Below are positions 37,186-46,845 of a stretch of DNA of 64,000 bases, in pieces (within the stretch, counting starts at the first letter, position 1; every line of letters starts with the position of its first letter). A program made the translations under genes and the position numbers. Origin of the DNA: an uncultured Muribaculaceae bacterium (lineage in GTDB: Bacteria; Bacteroidota; Bacteroidia; Bacteroidales; Muribaculaceae); NCBI GenBank assembly GCA_964606575.1, contig CAZSHA010000003.1, positions 7,570 to 71,569 on the forward strand, in the 5' to 3' direction. The notes below the pieces were generated by a model. That model saw nothing but the letters and a program-made list of their open reading frames with translations, had not been told where the DNA came from and did no database searches.

Positions 37186-37277
37186 TTGTTTATTTATTTC
37201 GACATGATTCCTAACCACATCTGGTTAATATTTTATTGATTTTTAGCAATAATCTACTATCAAGGCATTTTCTTTTG

Positions 37278-37285
37278 CAAAATTA
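37278..37285 (-). promoter_or_regulatory. -7 promoter box (TAATTTTG) for the minus-strand arm (propeller-caspase-DUF4384)
   Basis: The plus strand reads caaaatta. It lies about 93 nt upstream of the ATG at 37185. Confidence 0.35.
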
Positions 37286-37349
37286 GTAATTTATTGTACA
37301 ATTATCAAAAAAATAGCACAATTAAATGCTTGCTAACATAACTGATTTT

Positions 37350-38723
37350 TCACATTTTATGGCTTAATCTCAAATATGCCGCATCTTCAGCATCTACCGA
37401 ATAGCACCTTGAGGCTCTAAGTCCTAAAACCCATACCACTTCGTCATCTATACACAACAACCACGCTGCACGCTTTTGCACCTCGGTATATTTTGCATCG
37501 GTAAAAATATCGCTCACCAATTTAGACCCTTTCATCCCAAAAGGCTTTATCCTATCGCCTTCTCTCCAACGTCGCAACACGCATTTCACGTCACGCTTCA
37601 GCAAATCTAGATTCAGAGCAACAACACGTTTTCCGTCAACGCCCTCTATCTTCCTCACCCCTAAGGTCTTTTCTGCAACTTCAGCTACAAACGGGACTCC
37701 AACACTACCTGATACCAACACGCATTTCAAGTCCACATCTATTTCATCATCTAATGACATACCACCTATCGGAAACACCTCAATTTTGTCACCAGAAAGC
37801 ACTGCTTCATACTCACTTGAATAAAAACGCTTTCCTTTCTCTCTTAGTGACAACAACACATAAATGTCTTCCACTTGGGCAGAATTAAATCCGAAATCTC
37901 TCAATATTTCATAAAGAGCAGCTTGACGACCTCGACCAATCCCAGATAGTACGCTAAAATCTACGACATAATTCCCAACTTCGTTTCTCATGACAGCACG
38001 CCCTTTCAACGTACCCACGTAGCCTTGATATAAATCATTACATGACTGCACATCACACAAAGTTCTTGCCACTCCCGCATCTACATTAGGGAACAGTTCC
38101 CGAAGTGTAGGAATCAGCACATTCCTTATCTTATTCCGCTTGTAATCATTCGCTAAATTGGTACTATCCACCACATAATCCTGCCCCAACGAATCCAAAT
38201 AATTCTCGACATCCTCCCTGGTGACACACAACAACGGTCTTACTATATAACCATTTTTCGGCTTAATCCCGGCAAGCCCTTGTATACCAGTTCCCCTAAC
38301 AACGTTCAAGAAAAATGTTTCAACATTATCATCATGATGATGCGCCACAGCGATAGAAGAACAGCCTTTTCTCACACGCATCTCTTCAAACCACTTGTAG
38401 CGCAATTCACGGCATGCCATTTCAGTGGACACTTTGTTTTTACGCTCATATTCAGCCACATCGAAACTCATCACATCAAGCGGTACGCCCAATTCACGGC
38501 ACAAATCACGCACAAACAGTTCATCCCTATCCGATTCCTCGCCACGCAATCCAAAATTACAATGTAACGCATGACATCTTACGCCTATCGACAGCATGAC
38601 ACGAAGCAAAGCCACTGAATCAGCTCCACCACTCAATGCCACAACAACATTGTCGCAAGCAGCCAATAATCCATGCTCTTTCACATATTCTGCAACCTTT
38701 TCTTCAAAATCATGCTTTTCCAT
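37350..38723 (-). CDS. tilS: tRNA(Ile)-lysidine synthetase
   Basis: The PP-loop VVALSGGADSVALL is present. 457 aa from the ATG at 38723 (Met6 of the track ORF). Confidence 0.9.
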   Translation of the reverse strand: MEKHDFEEKVAEYVKEHGLLAACDNVVVALSGGADSVALLRVMLSIGVRCHALHCNFGLRGEESDRDELFVRDLCRELGVPLDVMSFDVAEYERKNKVSTEMACRELRYKWFEEMRVRKGCSSIAVAHHHDDNVETFFLNVVRGTGIQGLAGIKPKNGYIVRPLLCVTREDVENYLDSLGQDYVVDSTNLANDYKRNKIRNVLIPTLRELFPNVDAGVARTLCDVQSCNDLYQGYVGTLKGRAVMRNEVGNYVVDFSVLSGIGRGRQAALYEILRDFGFNSAQVEDIYVLLSLREKGKRFYSSEYEAVLSGDKIEVFPIGGMSLDDEIDVDLKCVLVSGSVGVPFVAEVAEKTLGVRKIEGVDGKRVVALNLDLLKRDVKCVLRRWREGDRIKPFGMKGSKLVSDIFTDAKYTEVQKRAAWLLCIDDEVVWVLGLRASRCYSVDAEDAAYLRLSHKM

Positions 38724-38727
38724 GTGG

Positions 38728-38735
38728 CAAAGATA
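38728..38735 (-). promoter_or_regulatory. -7 promoter box (TATCTTTG) for tilS; implies a leaderless mRNA
   Basis: The plus strand reads caaagata. The box ends 4 nt before the tilS ATG. Confidence 0.4.
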
Positions 38736-38746
38736 CATTTTTTTCG

Positions 38747-38754
38747 TAACTTTG
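38747..38754 (+). promoter_or_regulatory. -7 promoter box (TAACTTTG) for pheS
   Basis: TAnnTTTG match 26 nt upstream of the ATG at 38781, and divergent from the tilS box only 12 nt away. Confidence 0.4.
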
Positions 38755-38780
38755 TCGAATAATTTTACTTGTACATCACA

Positions 38781-39803
38781 ATGCTAGAGAAAATAGAAAA
38801 ACTCACAGAAGAGATTCAGGCTTTACAAGCATCCAACGCCGAAGAGTTGGAGGCTTTGCGTATTAAATATTTAAGTAAAAAAGGAGAAATACCTGCACTT
38901 TTCAACGATTTCCGTAACGTACCAAACGAACAGAAGAAAGAGATAGGACAAAAGCTCAACGTGCTAAAGACTTTCGCAACCGACAAAATCAATTCATTGC
39001 GTGCCGCCTTTGAAGAAAAGAAGAACGATGACGACACTATAGACTTGACCCGTTCGGCAGCACCGGCACAACTAGGAACACGCCACCCGATTTCTCTTGT
39101 ACGCGAGGAGATTATCGACATATTCTCCCGTCTAGGTTTCACTCTTGCCGAAGGTCCTGAAATTGAAGACGATTGGCACGTGTTCGGAGCTATGAACTTT
39201 GCCGATGATCACCCTGCTCGTGATATGCAAGATACGTTCTTTATCCAACGCAACCCTGCCGATGTGTTGCTACGCACACACACATCATCAGTACAAAGCC
39301 GCACAATGGAGCATACGCAACCGCCTATTCGCATAATCTGCCCTGGTCGTGTTTACCGTAACGAAGCGATATCATATCGCGCACACTGCTTCTTCCACCA
39401 AGTAGAAGCCCTTTATGTCGACAAAAACGTTTCATTCACCGACTTGAAGCAAGCACTGTTATATTTCGCTCGTGAAATGTTCGGTCCAGAAACCAAGATA
39501 CGCCTACGTCCTTCATATTTCCCATTCACAGAGCCATCAGCCGAAATGGATATTTCTTGCGACCTATGCGGTGGCAAGGGATGCGCTTTCTGCAAAGGTA
39601 CTGGATGGGTAGAGATTTTGGGATGCGGCATGGTAGATCCTAACGTGCTAGAAGCATGCGGAATCGACAGCAAAGAATACTCTGGCTACGCACTTGGTAT
39701 GGGCATTGAGCGTATCACCAACTTGAAATATCGTGTTAAGGACTTACGCATGTTCTCCGAGAACGACATGAGATTCTTGGAAGAGTTCAAGCCGGCACAC
39801 TAG
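38781..39803 (+). CDS. pheS: phenylalanine--tRNA ligase alpha subunit
   Basis: The N-terminus MLEKIEKLTEEIQALQ... is a coiled coil. Class II motifs are present (HPARDMQDTFF, FRNEAIS-like YRNEAISYRAH, GMGIERI). The track start at 38769 is TTG. Confidence 0.93.
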   Translation: MLEKIEKLTEEIQALQASNAEELEALRIKYLSKKGEIPALFNDFRNVPNEQKKEIGQKLNVLKTFATDKINSLRAAFEEKKNDDDTIDLTRSAAPAQLGTRHPISLVREEIIDIFSRLGFTLAEGPEIEDDWHVFGAMNFADDHPARDMQDTFFIQRNPADVLLRTHTSSVQSRTMEHTQPPIRIICPGRVYRNEAISYRAHCFFHQVEALYVDKNVSFTDLKQALLYFAREMFGPETKIRLRPSYFPFTEPSAEMDISCDLCGGKGCAFCKGTGWVEILGCGMVDPNVLEACGIDSKEYSGYALGMGIERITNLKYRVKDLRMFSENDMRFLEEFKPAH

Positions 39804-39876
39804 ACGAAACCCAATATAAACATAACTATATGCAAGGCTCTCATGTGAGGGCCTTATTAATTAACAAATACTGCTT

Positions 39877-40518
39877 ATGACTACAAAAGAGCGTTATCAA
39901 GGTGTCATCGAATACTTCAAAGCAACAATGCCGTCACCTGAAACCGAACTGCATTATCGCACCCCTTACGAACTGCTAGTAGCAGTCATCTTGTCGGCAC
40001 AATGTACCGACAAGCGTATCAACATGGTTACACCCGCTCTTTTTGAAGCATATCCCACCCCTTATGACATGGCTAAAGCCACAGTCGATGACATTTTCCA
40101 ATATATTAAAAGCGTAACGTTTCCTAACAACAAGTCAAAATCGCTCCTCGGCATGGCAAACATGCTTGTTGACAAGTATAACGGAGAAGTGCCAGCCAGC
40201 ATAGACGAGCTTGTTAAGATACCGGGCGTGGGTCGTAAAACGGCTAACGTAATCCTTTCTGTTGTATTCAACCAAGCTACAATGGCTGTAGACACGCATG
40301 TATTCCGAGTATCAAACAGGATAGGATTAACCGACAACTCGCCAAATCCATTAGCCACAGAAAAGACGCTTGTTAAAAATTTCCCTCAGGAATTAATAGC
40401 AACCGCACATCATTGGCTTATACTGCATGGCAGATATGTGTGTACAGCACGTAAACCCAACTGCCCAGAATGTGGTTTAAAGCCATTTTGCAAATATTTC
40501 AGCAGTTTCAACAAATAA
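39877..40518 (+). CDS. nth: endonuclease III
   Basis: The HhH-GPD element LVKIPGVGRKTANVIL is present, with a C-terminal 4Fe-4S cluster loop CTARKPNCPECGLKPFC. Confidence 0.92.
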   Translation: MTTKERYQGVIEYFKATMPSPETELHYRTPYELLVAVILSAQCTDKRINMVTPALFEAYPTPYDMAKATVDDIFQYIKSVTFPNNKSKSLLGMANMLVDKYNGEVPASIDELVKIPGVGRKTANVILSVVFNQATMAVDTHVFRVSNRIGLTDNSPNPLATEKTLVKNFPQELIATAHHWLILHGRYVCTARKPNCPECGLKPFCKYFSSFNK

Positions 40519-40642
40519 TTTTGCATTTGTTTATACTATTTCAACATTTTTCTCTAACTTTACAGGGTTTTTAAGAAAATATATAAAATCTCAAATAGGA
40601 AAAAACATATTATAATTAATAACATACAAACCACAACAGCTT

Positions 40643-42424
40643 ATGAAGAAATTTACACCGCTATTCATTGCGGCAAGCGGATTGTTGCTATCTGCGACTT
40701 TCGTTTCTTGCGACAATGAATATGACTTGTCAAAAGACATTGACACCGACATCAACGTTGGTAAGAATTTCACAATTCCTGTAGGACAAACAGTAAAAAT
40801 CAACCTAGGACGTATCATCGAAGATGGTGACCTTCAAACAAACGGAGAAGGTATCTACGAGCTACACTCAAATGGCGAATTTAATGCTCACATCGCCGAT
40901 GTCGACCCATTCGTGATCAACGGTCTTGACCCAGACTTTGAAGATTTCAACGCAGGGAAACTATCCAGTCTTCCTATTCCAGGTGACTTCAATATACCTC
41001 TTGACGTGTTAACTCAAGCAAACTACATCCCTGTGGAAACTGAAACAGCTATGCCTATCGAGGTACAAGAAATGTATCTTGCCGAATTTAATTACGGTGA
41101 AGGAGCTAAGGGTGAAATTAAAATACGTATTAGCAACTTGGCTGGTATCAACAGCGTAACACTCAAGGATATCGACCTAGTGTTCCCTGACCTAGTTACT
41201 ATCCACGGCTCAAATGCAGCTAATGCACACGAAATTAGAATTCCCGAACTTGTACTTAACAAGAGCAACAACTTTGAGGGGTCTATTCCTGTAAACATCC
41301 TTCGTTTTGAAATCTCAGAAAACGACCAAAAGACTTATTTCTCTGACAAGTATTTCGACGGTAGCAAAGATGCTGAAGGTCGACTAATTTTCCGACTAGA
41401 CAAAAAAATCCTTCTATCGGCAAAAACTACTGTAAACGTAACACCTTCAGAATTGCCTAACGAAGAATTCCACCTATACTTCGGCTACACAATTCCTCAA
41501 ACTTCAGTAACTAAGGTTAACGGTGTCATAACGCCTAACGTAAAGATTGAAGAGCAACTTGTTCTTAACGACCTTCCAGAGTTCGTAACCGACAAATCTT
41601 CATCTTTCACTCCTAACGATTTGAAATTCACAATTTCGTTGAAGAATCCTATTGATTTGGCTTTCGCTACATCTTTCACCATCACTCCATGGAATGACGA
41701 AACTAATTCGGCTCTAGGTGAACCTATCGTTATCCCTGTAAGCGGCGAAACTGCAATCAAGCCTTCAACCACTACTGGTTATGTTATTTCTAACGAACCT
41801 TGTAAAGTGCCTAGCGGATATATCAACATTGTTGAGCCAAACATACCTAGCCTACTTGCTACAATCCCAGATTCTTACAAAATTGTGTCGGGCGCTATCA
41901 CAGCCGACGGCGGTGAAGGCTCAGGCTTCAACCTTGGCGAGAATTTGGCTATAGAAGGTAACTACGACATCGAAGTTCCTTTCAACTTCAAGAACTTCAG
42001 CATTAACTACACTGGAGAAATCGACAATCTTCTAAGCGATTTGGAAGATGCTGCTGAGTTGACCGACAAGATTATCCTTTCAATGAATGCAGTAAGCACA
42101 ATACCTGTTGAGCTTATCGCTGACATAAAGCTATATGACTATTATGGAAATGAATTAAAGGAAATCAACGTCACTGGAACATCTCGCAACAAAGTTACAA
42201 TAAAGGCTTCACCAGACGGTAGCACAGAAACTACAACTCCGCTCACCATCACATTGGAAGAGCCACAAGGTAGCGACCAACTTGAAGAACTTGAAAAGAT
42301 AGTATACACTATCAAAGCGGCAAGTCCATCTAGCGATGGCGAATATATTTTGAAATCTAGTCAATATTTGATTCTAAAAGATGGTGTTGCTAAGGTTCCT
42401 AATGGTCTAACTCTTGAACTTTAA
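40643..42424 (+). CDS. large lipoprotein, function unknown
   Basis: The lipobox signal is MKKFTPLFIAASGLLLSATFVSC. It is 593 aa and beta-rich, and I recognise no motif. Confidence 0.55.
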   Translation: MKKFTPLFIAASGLLLSATFVSCDNEYDLSKDIDTDINVGKNFTIPVGQTVKINLGRIIEDGDLQTNGEGIYELHSNGEFNAHIADVDPFVINGLDPDFEDFNAGKLSSLPIPGDFNIPLDVLTQANYIPVETETAMPIEVQEMYLAEFNYGEGAKGEIKIRISNLAGINSVTLKDIDLVFPDLVTIHGSNAANAHEIRIPELVLNKSNNFEGSIPVNILRFEISENDQKTYFSDKYFDGSKDAEGRLIFRLDKKILLSAKTTVNVTPSELPNEEFHLYFGYTIPQTSVTKVNGVITPNVKIEEQLVLNDLPEFVTDKSSSFTPNDLKFTISLKNPIDLAFATSFTITPWNDETNSALGEPIVIPVSGETAIKPSTTTGYVISNEPCKVPSGYINIVEPNIPSLLATIPDSYKIVSGAITADGGEGSGFNLGENLAIEGNYDIEVPFNFKNFSINYTGEIDNLLSDLEDAAELTDKIILSMNAVSTIPVELIADIKLYDYYGNELKEINVTGTSRNKVTIKASPDGSTETTTPLTITLEEPQGSDQLEELEKIVYTIKAASPSSDGEYILKSSQYLILKDGVAKVPNGLTLEL

Positions 42425-42446
42425 TCAAAAAACGCTTAAAAAGTAA

Positions 42447-43817
42447 ATGATTATGAAAAATTCAATCAAACATATACTTACGGTAGCTTTAGTTACCATT
42501 TTAGGATTTTCAGCTTCGGCTCAAACCCTAAACTCACTATACTTCCTTGACGGTAATACACAACGTCACAATCTAAACCCTGCTTTCACATGTGATAAGG
42601 GGTGGATTACCACACCGCTTTTAGTTCCGTCATTGTCGGTTAATTTAAATAGCAACATCGGCTTGGAAGCTATTATGCGACCATCGACAATCAACAACGA
42701 TGAAATGGTTACATTCTTGCATCCTAGCATAACTGCCGAAGATGCAATGTCTAAGTTCCAAGACATGAACACTCTTGAAACAGACATCTCCCTAAACATC
42801 CTTACTATCGGATTTAAGGGATTCGGAGGTACTAACACCATTGCCTTGAACGTGAAAAGCAATACTGGTCTATATATTCCAAAAGACATTTTCCGTTTCC
42901 TAAAGGAAGGACAAGAGGAAGACGGTACTACCGAATACAATATTGACAACTTTGGGGTTCGCACACAAAACTATGCAGAAATCGCATTAGGTCATGCTCG
43001 TGACATCAACAGCAAGCTATCTGTCGGTGCTAAGGTTAAGTTCCTTCTAGGAGCAGGCTACGCCAATGCTGATATTGAACACATACGTATCTACATGAGC
43101 GGCAACGAATGGACTATTGAGCAACAAAGCTCACTAGTAGCATCAAAAGGTATGAGCCTAATAACTAAGGACAACGGAAAAATCGACGATTTTGAATATG
43201 AGTTCAAAATGGGCGGTTTCGGTCTTGGATTCGACCTAGGTGCAATATATCGCCTACAAGACAATTTGAACCTATCGTTTGCAATCACCGATCTTGGTTT
43301 CATCAACTGGAGCGATGCTACTAAGCACACCAACGTAAGAGAGTCTTATACTTATGACGGTTTTGACAACTTCGCTGCAGAAGAAAGTAAAGATTTCGAG
43401 GATGCCGCTGAAGACGTAGGAGATGCTCTTGAAGAATTTATCCGATTCAAAGAAGACACAGAATCTACTTCACAAACATCCTCACTTTACACAACATTCC
43501 GTGCAGGTGCTGAATATGGACTAGTTAAAGATAAAATAACTCTAGGTTTCTTAGGTACAATGAGAGTTGGCACACCTAAAACTTACACTGAAGGTATGTT
43601 AACATTGAATTTAAAGCCATCATCACACTTCAACATGGCTATTAACGGCTCATTGTCAAGCACACACGGTTCTATGGGTGCTACATTAAACTTCAATCCT
43701 AGCTTCATGAACTTCTTTATCGGAGCTGATTATTTGCTGGCAAAATACAGCAAGCAAGTTATTCCGGTCGATGCCGCTAAGTTCAACTTCGCAATGGGTA
43801 TGAGTTTCCGCCTATAA
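42447..43817 (+). CDS. outer-membrane beta-barrel protein, PorP/SprF- or DUF5723-like
   Basis: After the signal peptide ...GFSASAQ comes TLNSLYFLDGNTQRHNLNPAF (an N-terminal NPA-type motif). Alternating beta-strand patterns run throughout, and the C-terminus FNFAMGMSFRL is aromatic-rich. It starts 22 nt after the lipoprotein gene. Confidence 0.45.
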   Translation: MIMKNSIKHILTVALVTILGFSASAQTLNSLYFLDGNTQRHNLNPAFTCDKGWITTPLLVPSLSVNLNSNIGLEAIMRPSTINNDEMVTFLHPSITAEDAMSKFQDMNTLETDISLNILTIGFKGFGGTNTIALNVKSNTGLYIPKDIFRFLKEGQEEDGTTEYNIDNFGVRTQNYAEIALGHARDINSKLSVGAKVKFLLGAGYANADIEHIRIYMSGNEWTIEQQSSLVASKGMSLITKDNGKIDDFEYEFKMGGFGLGFDLGAIYRLQDNLNLSFAITDLGFINWSDATKHTNVRESYTYDGFDNFAAEESKDFEDAAEDVGDALEEFIRFKEDTESTSQTSSLYTTFRAGAEYGLVKDKITLGFLGTMRVGTPKTYTEGMLTLNLKPSSHFNMAINGSLSSTHGSMGATLNFNPSFMNFFIGADYLLAKYSKQVIPVDAAKFNFAMGMSFRL

Positions 43818-43837
43818 TACAACAAACAATACTAACA

Positions 43838-43875
43838 TAAAAAATCCAGTGGGAAATATCTCACTGGATTTTTTA
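43838..43875. terminator. bidirectional intrinsic terminator
   Basis: AAAAAA-TCCAGTG-(10 nt)-CACTGGA-TTTTTT, lying between convergent genes. Confidence 0.75.
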
Positions 43876-43996
43876 TCACTTAGAAGCTGTTTAAAATTTA
43901 TTTCGAGATTATTTTAAGAGAGGTGTTTTGGAATGAGTTTTCCAACAAAAAGCGCAGGTAATAGCGGGCTATTTCCAAGCTATCCCCTATAGTGTA

Positions 43997-45331
43997 TTAC
44001 TGGTTTATGCCATATTTTTCCATACGGCGATACAACGCTCCACGACTTATGCCTAAAGCATTCGCCACTTGTGTCATATTACCTTGATGTTGAGATATTG
44101 CTGTCAATATTGCTTTTCGCTCCATATCGTCAAGCGTCATACCAGATAAGGCTTGTACGTCATCAGCAACATTCTTACTATTTTCATATTGCGACCTAAA
44201 ATCATCTAGCGAAAGCGTATCACCTGCACTAACAAGCAAAGTGCGTTCCACAAGGTTCTTCAGTTCACGTATGTTGCCCGAATATGGAAGACCTTTAAGA
44301 TAATTCATAGCATCGGTCGATACTTTCACCTTCTTGATGCCACCTGACTTGCTCATGCTCTTGATAAAATGATTGACGAGTAACGGTATATCCTCAGTAC
44401 GTTCACGCAACGGTTGCAAATGAAGCGTTATTAAATTTATACGATATAACAAATCTTCACGGAACGTGCCATTTGCCACCATACTACGCAAATCGGCATT
44501 CGTAGCAGAAATCACCCTTACATCAGTTCTGCGTTGGCGACTATCACCAAGCACCTCATAGGTTCTATCTTGCAACACACGCAACAATTTCACCTGGCAT
44601 GACTTATCCAAGTCCCCTATCTCATCTAGAAATATAGTACCCTCGTCTGCCAACTCAAAACGCCCTTGGCGATCGGACACAGCCCCAGTAAACGAGCCTT
44701 TTTTATGACCGAACATCTCGCTTTCAAACAAGCTATGTGAGATACCGCCCAAATTGACTTTAACAAATGGCTTATCAGCCCTAATGCTGTTTCGATGTAT
44801 AGCTTCAGCTATAAGTTCCTTTCCTGTTCCACTCTCGCCAGTAATAAGCACCGAAGCATTAGTCTTAGATATTCGTTTTACTGTTTCTAGAACCGATTTC
44901 AACGAGCTACTCTCGCCTATTATTCCGCATCTATCAAACTCATCGGAATTAACTGGAGCATCATCACTCAATTGTATAGCTGTTTCTATACGCTGCAACA
45001 GTGCCCTATTATCCCACGGTTTAGTTATAAAATCGAATGCTCCAGCCTTGATACCATTCACTGCAAGCTCTATACTACCCCATGCCGTCATAAGCATCAC
45101 AGGCACTTGCTGACGGAATAGCTTGACTTGCTTAAGCAAAGTCAACCCTTCTTCACCATCAGTAGACAACGAGTAGTTCATATCCATCAATATGAGCTGT
45201 GGAGCGACAGAACGCACCACATCGGCGGCTTCCGCTGGTGATGCAACCGCCTTAACCTCATATCCCGCCCTTTTCAATACAAACGATAAAGAGGAACGTA
45301 TCGCAATATCATCATCTACTACAAGTATCAT
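43997..45331 (-). CDS. sigma-54-dependent (NtrC-family) response regulator
   Basis: The receiver reads ILVVDDDIAIR. The AAA+ domain has GESGTGKE, GSFTGA (a GAFTGA-loop variant) and FLDEIGD. The C-terminal Fis-type HTH reads ISRGALYRRMEKYGI. Confidence 0.92.
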   Translation of the reverse strand: MILVVDDDIAIRSSLSFVLKRAGYEVKAVASPAEAADVVRSVAPQLILMDMNYSLSTDGEEGLTLLKQVKLFRQQVPVMLMTAWGSIELAVNGIKAGAFDFITKPWDNRALLQRIETAIQLSDDAPVNSDEFDRCGIIGESSSLKSVLETVKRISKTNASVLITGESGTGKELIAEAIHRNSIRADKPFVKVNLGGISHSLFESEMFGHKKGSFTGAVSDRQGRFELADEGTIFLDEIGDLDKSCQVKLLRVLQDRTYEVLGDSRQRRTDVRVISATNADLRSMVANGTFREDLLYRINLITLHLQPLRERTEDIPLLVNHFIKSMSKSGGIKKVKVSTDAMNYLKGLPYSGNIRELKNLVERTLLVSAGDTLSLDDFRSQYENSKNVADDVQALSGMTLDDMERKAILTAISQHQGNMTQVANALGISRGALYRRMEKYGINQ

Positions 45332-45355
45332 AATCTACATACAAAGTTACTTATT

Positions 45356-46828
45356 TCATTTAATTATAGCCTCAAAATCGGCATCAATTCCCGTATTTGT
45401 AGCAAAATCCCACAATGTGAGGCTTCTCAATTGATAATAGTAGTACCAATAATAAAACAACTCGTTTATACGCTTTTGCCGTGCCGTGTCCTTACTCGAT
45501 TGAGCATCATTCAAATCAAGAGTGCTAATCTTGCCTATCATAAAAGTTTCCACATTAGTATGATAACGTTTTTCGGCAATCTCATCGGCTTCACAAGCTA
45601 TCTGCAACTGCCTACGCTGGTTGTTAAACTGCTCTGTCAAGATAAACAAATCTTGGTGAAAATTCATAGTTTCTTTTCGTAACGTGCTTTGAGTAACTTC
45701 ACGGTTACTTTCAGCAACCTTCACCTGACCACGACGTTTACCCCAATCCAATATAGGAATTTTCACACCTACTTCTACAATCTGATTATCCTTCAAATGA
45801 CGATAAGAAGATGTAAAATCGCTATGAGTGCCAGTATATCCCACTTGAGCATAAAGTGAAATTTCCCTTAAATTTCCCTTGGCTTTCGCCACTTCATAAT
45901 CAGCTTCTAACTGGCGGCGGCGAATATTCAACGCAAATGAGTTGTTCTCCAATGCCTTGTCCAGCACATCCTTATATATCAATTCTACTTGCGGGATAGA
46001 ATCAGGCAGAACTGGTATCACTTCCTCCGTCTTGTCATCCAACCCAAGAAACGATATGAGTTTGAACATGTTGCTTTTCATAGAGCTTTCATTACTTGTC
46101 AAATTAGATTCAGCATTCAGCTCATTTAGTTTCAATTGCAACACATCGTTCTCACTTATCTTGCCCATCTCTCGCTTCGCTTGGGCTACCTTGTATAACT
46201 TTCTGGCATTATCCAAATTTTGCTTAGATATTGCCACGTTCTCGCGCGACATTAACAAATTAAAAAAATAGTTAATCGTGGTCAACGTCACTTCTTCAGT
46301 AGCCGATAAAAATTCAGCCTTTGCCTCCTTATATCGCAACGGCTCTATCTTGCGATTCCATTTTATAGTGTTAACTCCGAAAACAGGTTGAGTAAGAGTT
46401 AATGCTATTGGCACACTCATAAATTGGCGAGTCTTATCTCCGCTTAATTGTTTTAAGAAATCAAGCGAAGTGGATAACGACAATTTACCGCCTGTGAGCC
46501 ATATATTCTGGTCTATCGACAACTCGCCGTCAAGCCCTAAATAGTCATTTCTAACGTATGTATAGCTACCGTCGCTCTGCTGATAAGTATTATACCTCTT
46601 GTTGTAAGTAGGCAACGTGGAAGTGAAATTCACTTCGGGCAGCAAATCGGCTCGAAATGTCCGGTATTCCCAATATGCCGTTTTCAACTCGTTTAGAGCA
46701 ACAGCAGCATTCACACTGTTCTTTCGGGCAATAGCTATAGCTTCATCTAAAGTCATCTGCCGTAATACATCTTGTGCCTGAGCCGTGAATCCACACAGCA
46801 CCAATATCGACATCAATATCTTCTTCAT
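45356..46828 (-). CDS. TolC-family outer membrane efflux protein
   Basis: The signal peptide is MKKILMSILVLCGFTAQAQ. It is 490 aa with a two-repeat OEP architecture and lies in the efflux operon. Confidence 0.85.
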   Translation of the reverse strand: MKKILMSILVLCGFTAQAQDVLRQMTLDEAIAIARKNSVNAAVALNELKTAYWEYRTFRADLLPEVNFTSTLPTYNKRYNTYQQSDGSYTYVRNDYLGLDGELSIDQNIWLTGGKLSLSTSLDFLKQLSGDKTRQFMSVPIALTLTQPVFGVNTIKWNRKIEPLRYKEAKAEFLSATEEVTLTTINYFFNLLMSRENVAISKQNLDNARKLYKVAQAKREMGKISENDVLQLKLNELNAESNLTSNESSMKSNMFKLISFLGLDDKTEEVIPVLPDSIPQVELIYKDVLDKALENNSFALNIRRRQLEADYEVAKAKGNLREISLYAQVGYTGTHSDFTSSYRHLKDNQIVEVGVKIPILDWGKRRGQVKVAESNREVTQSTLRKETMNFHQDLFILTEQFNNQRRQLQIACEADEIAEKRYHTNVETFMIGKISTLDLNDAQSSKDTARQKRINELFYYWYYYYQLRSLTLWDFATNTGIDADFEAIIK

Positions 46829-46845
46829 CTTAAATCCTTTATTTA

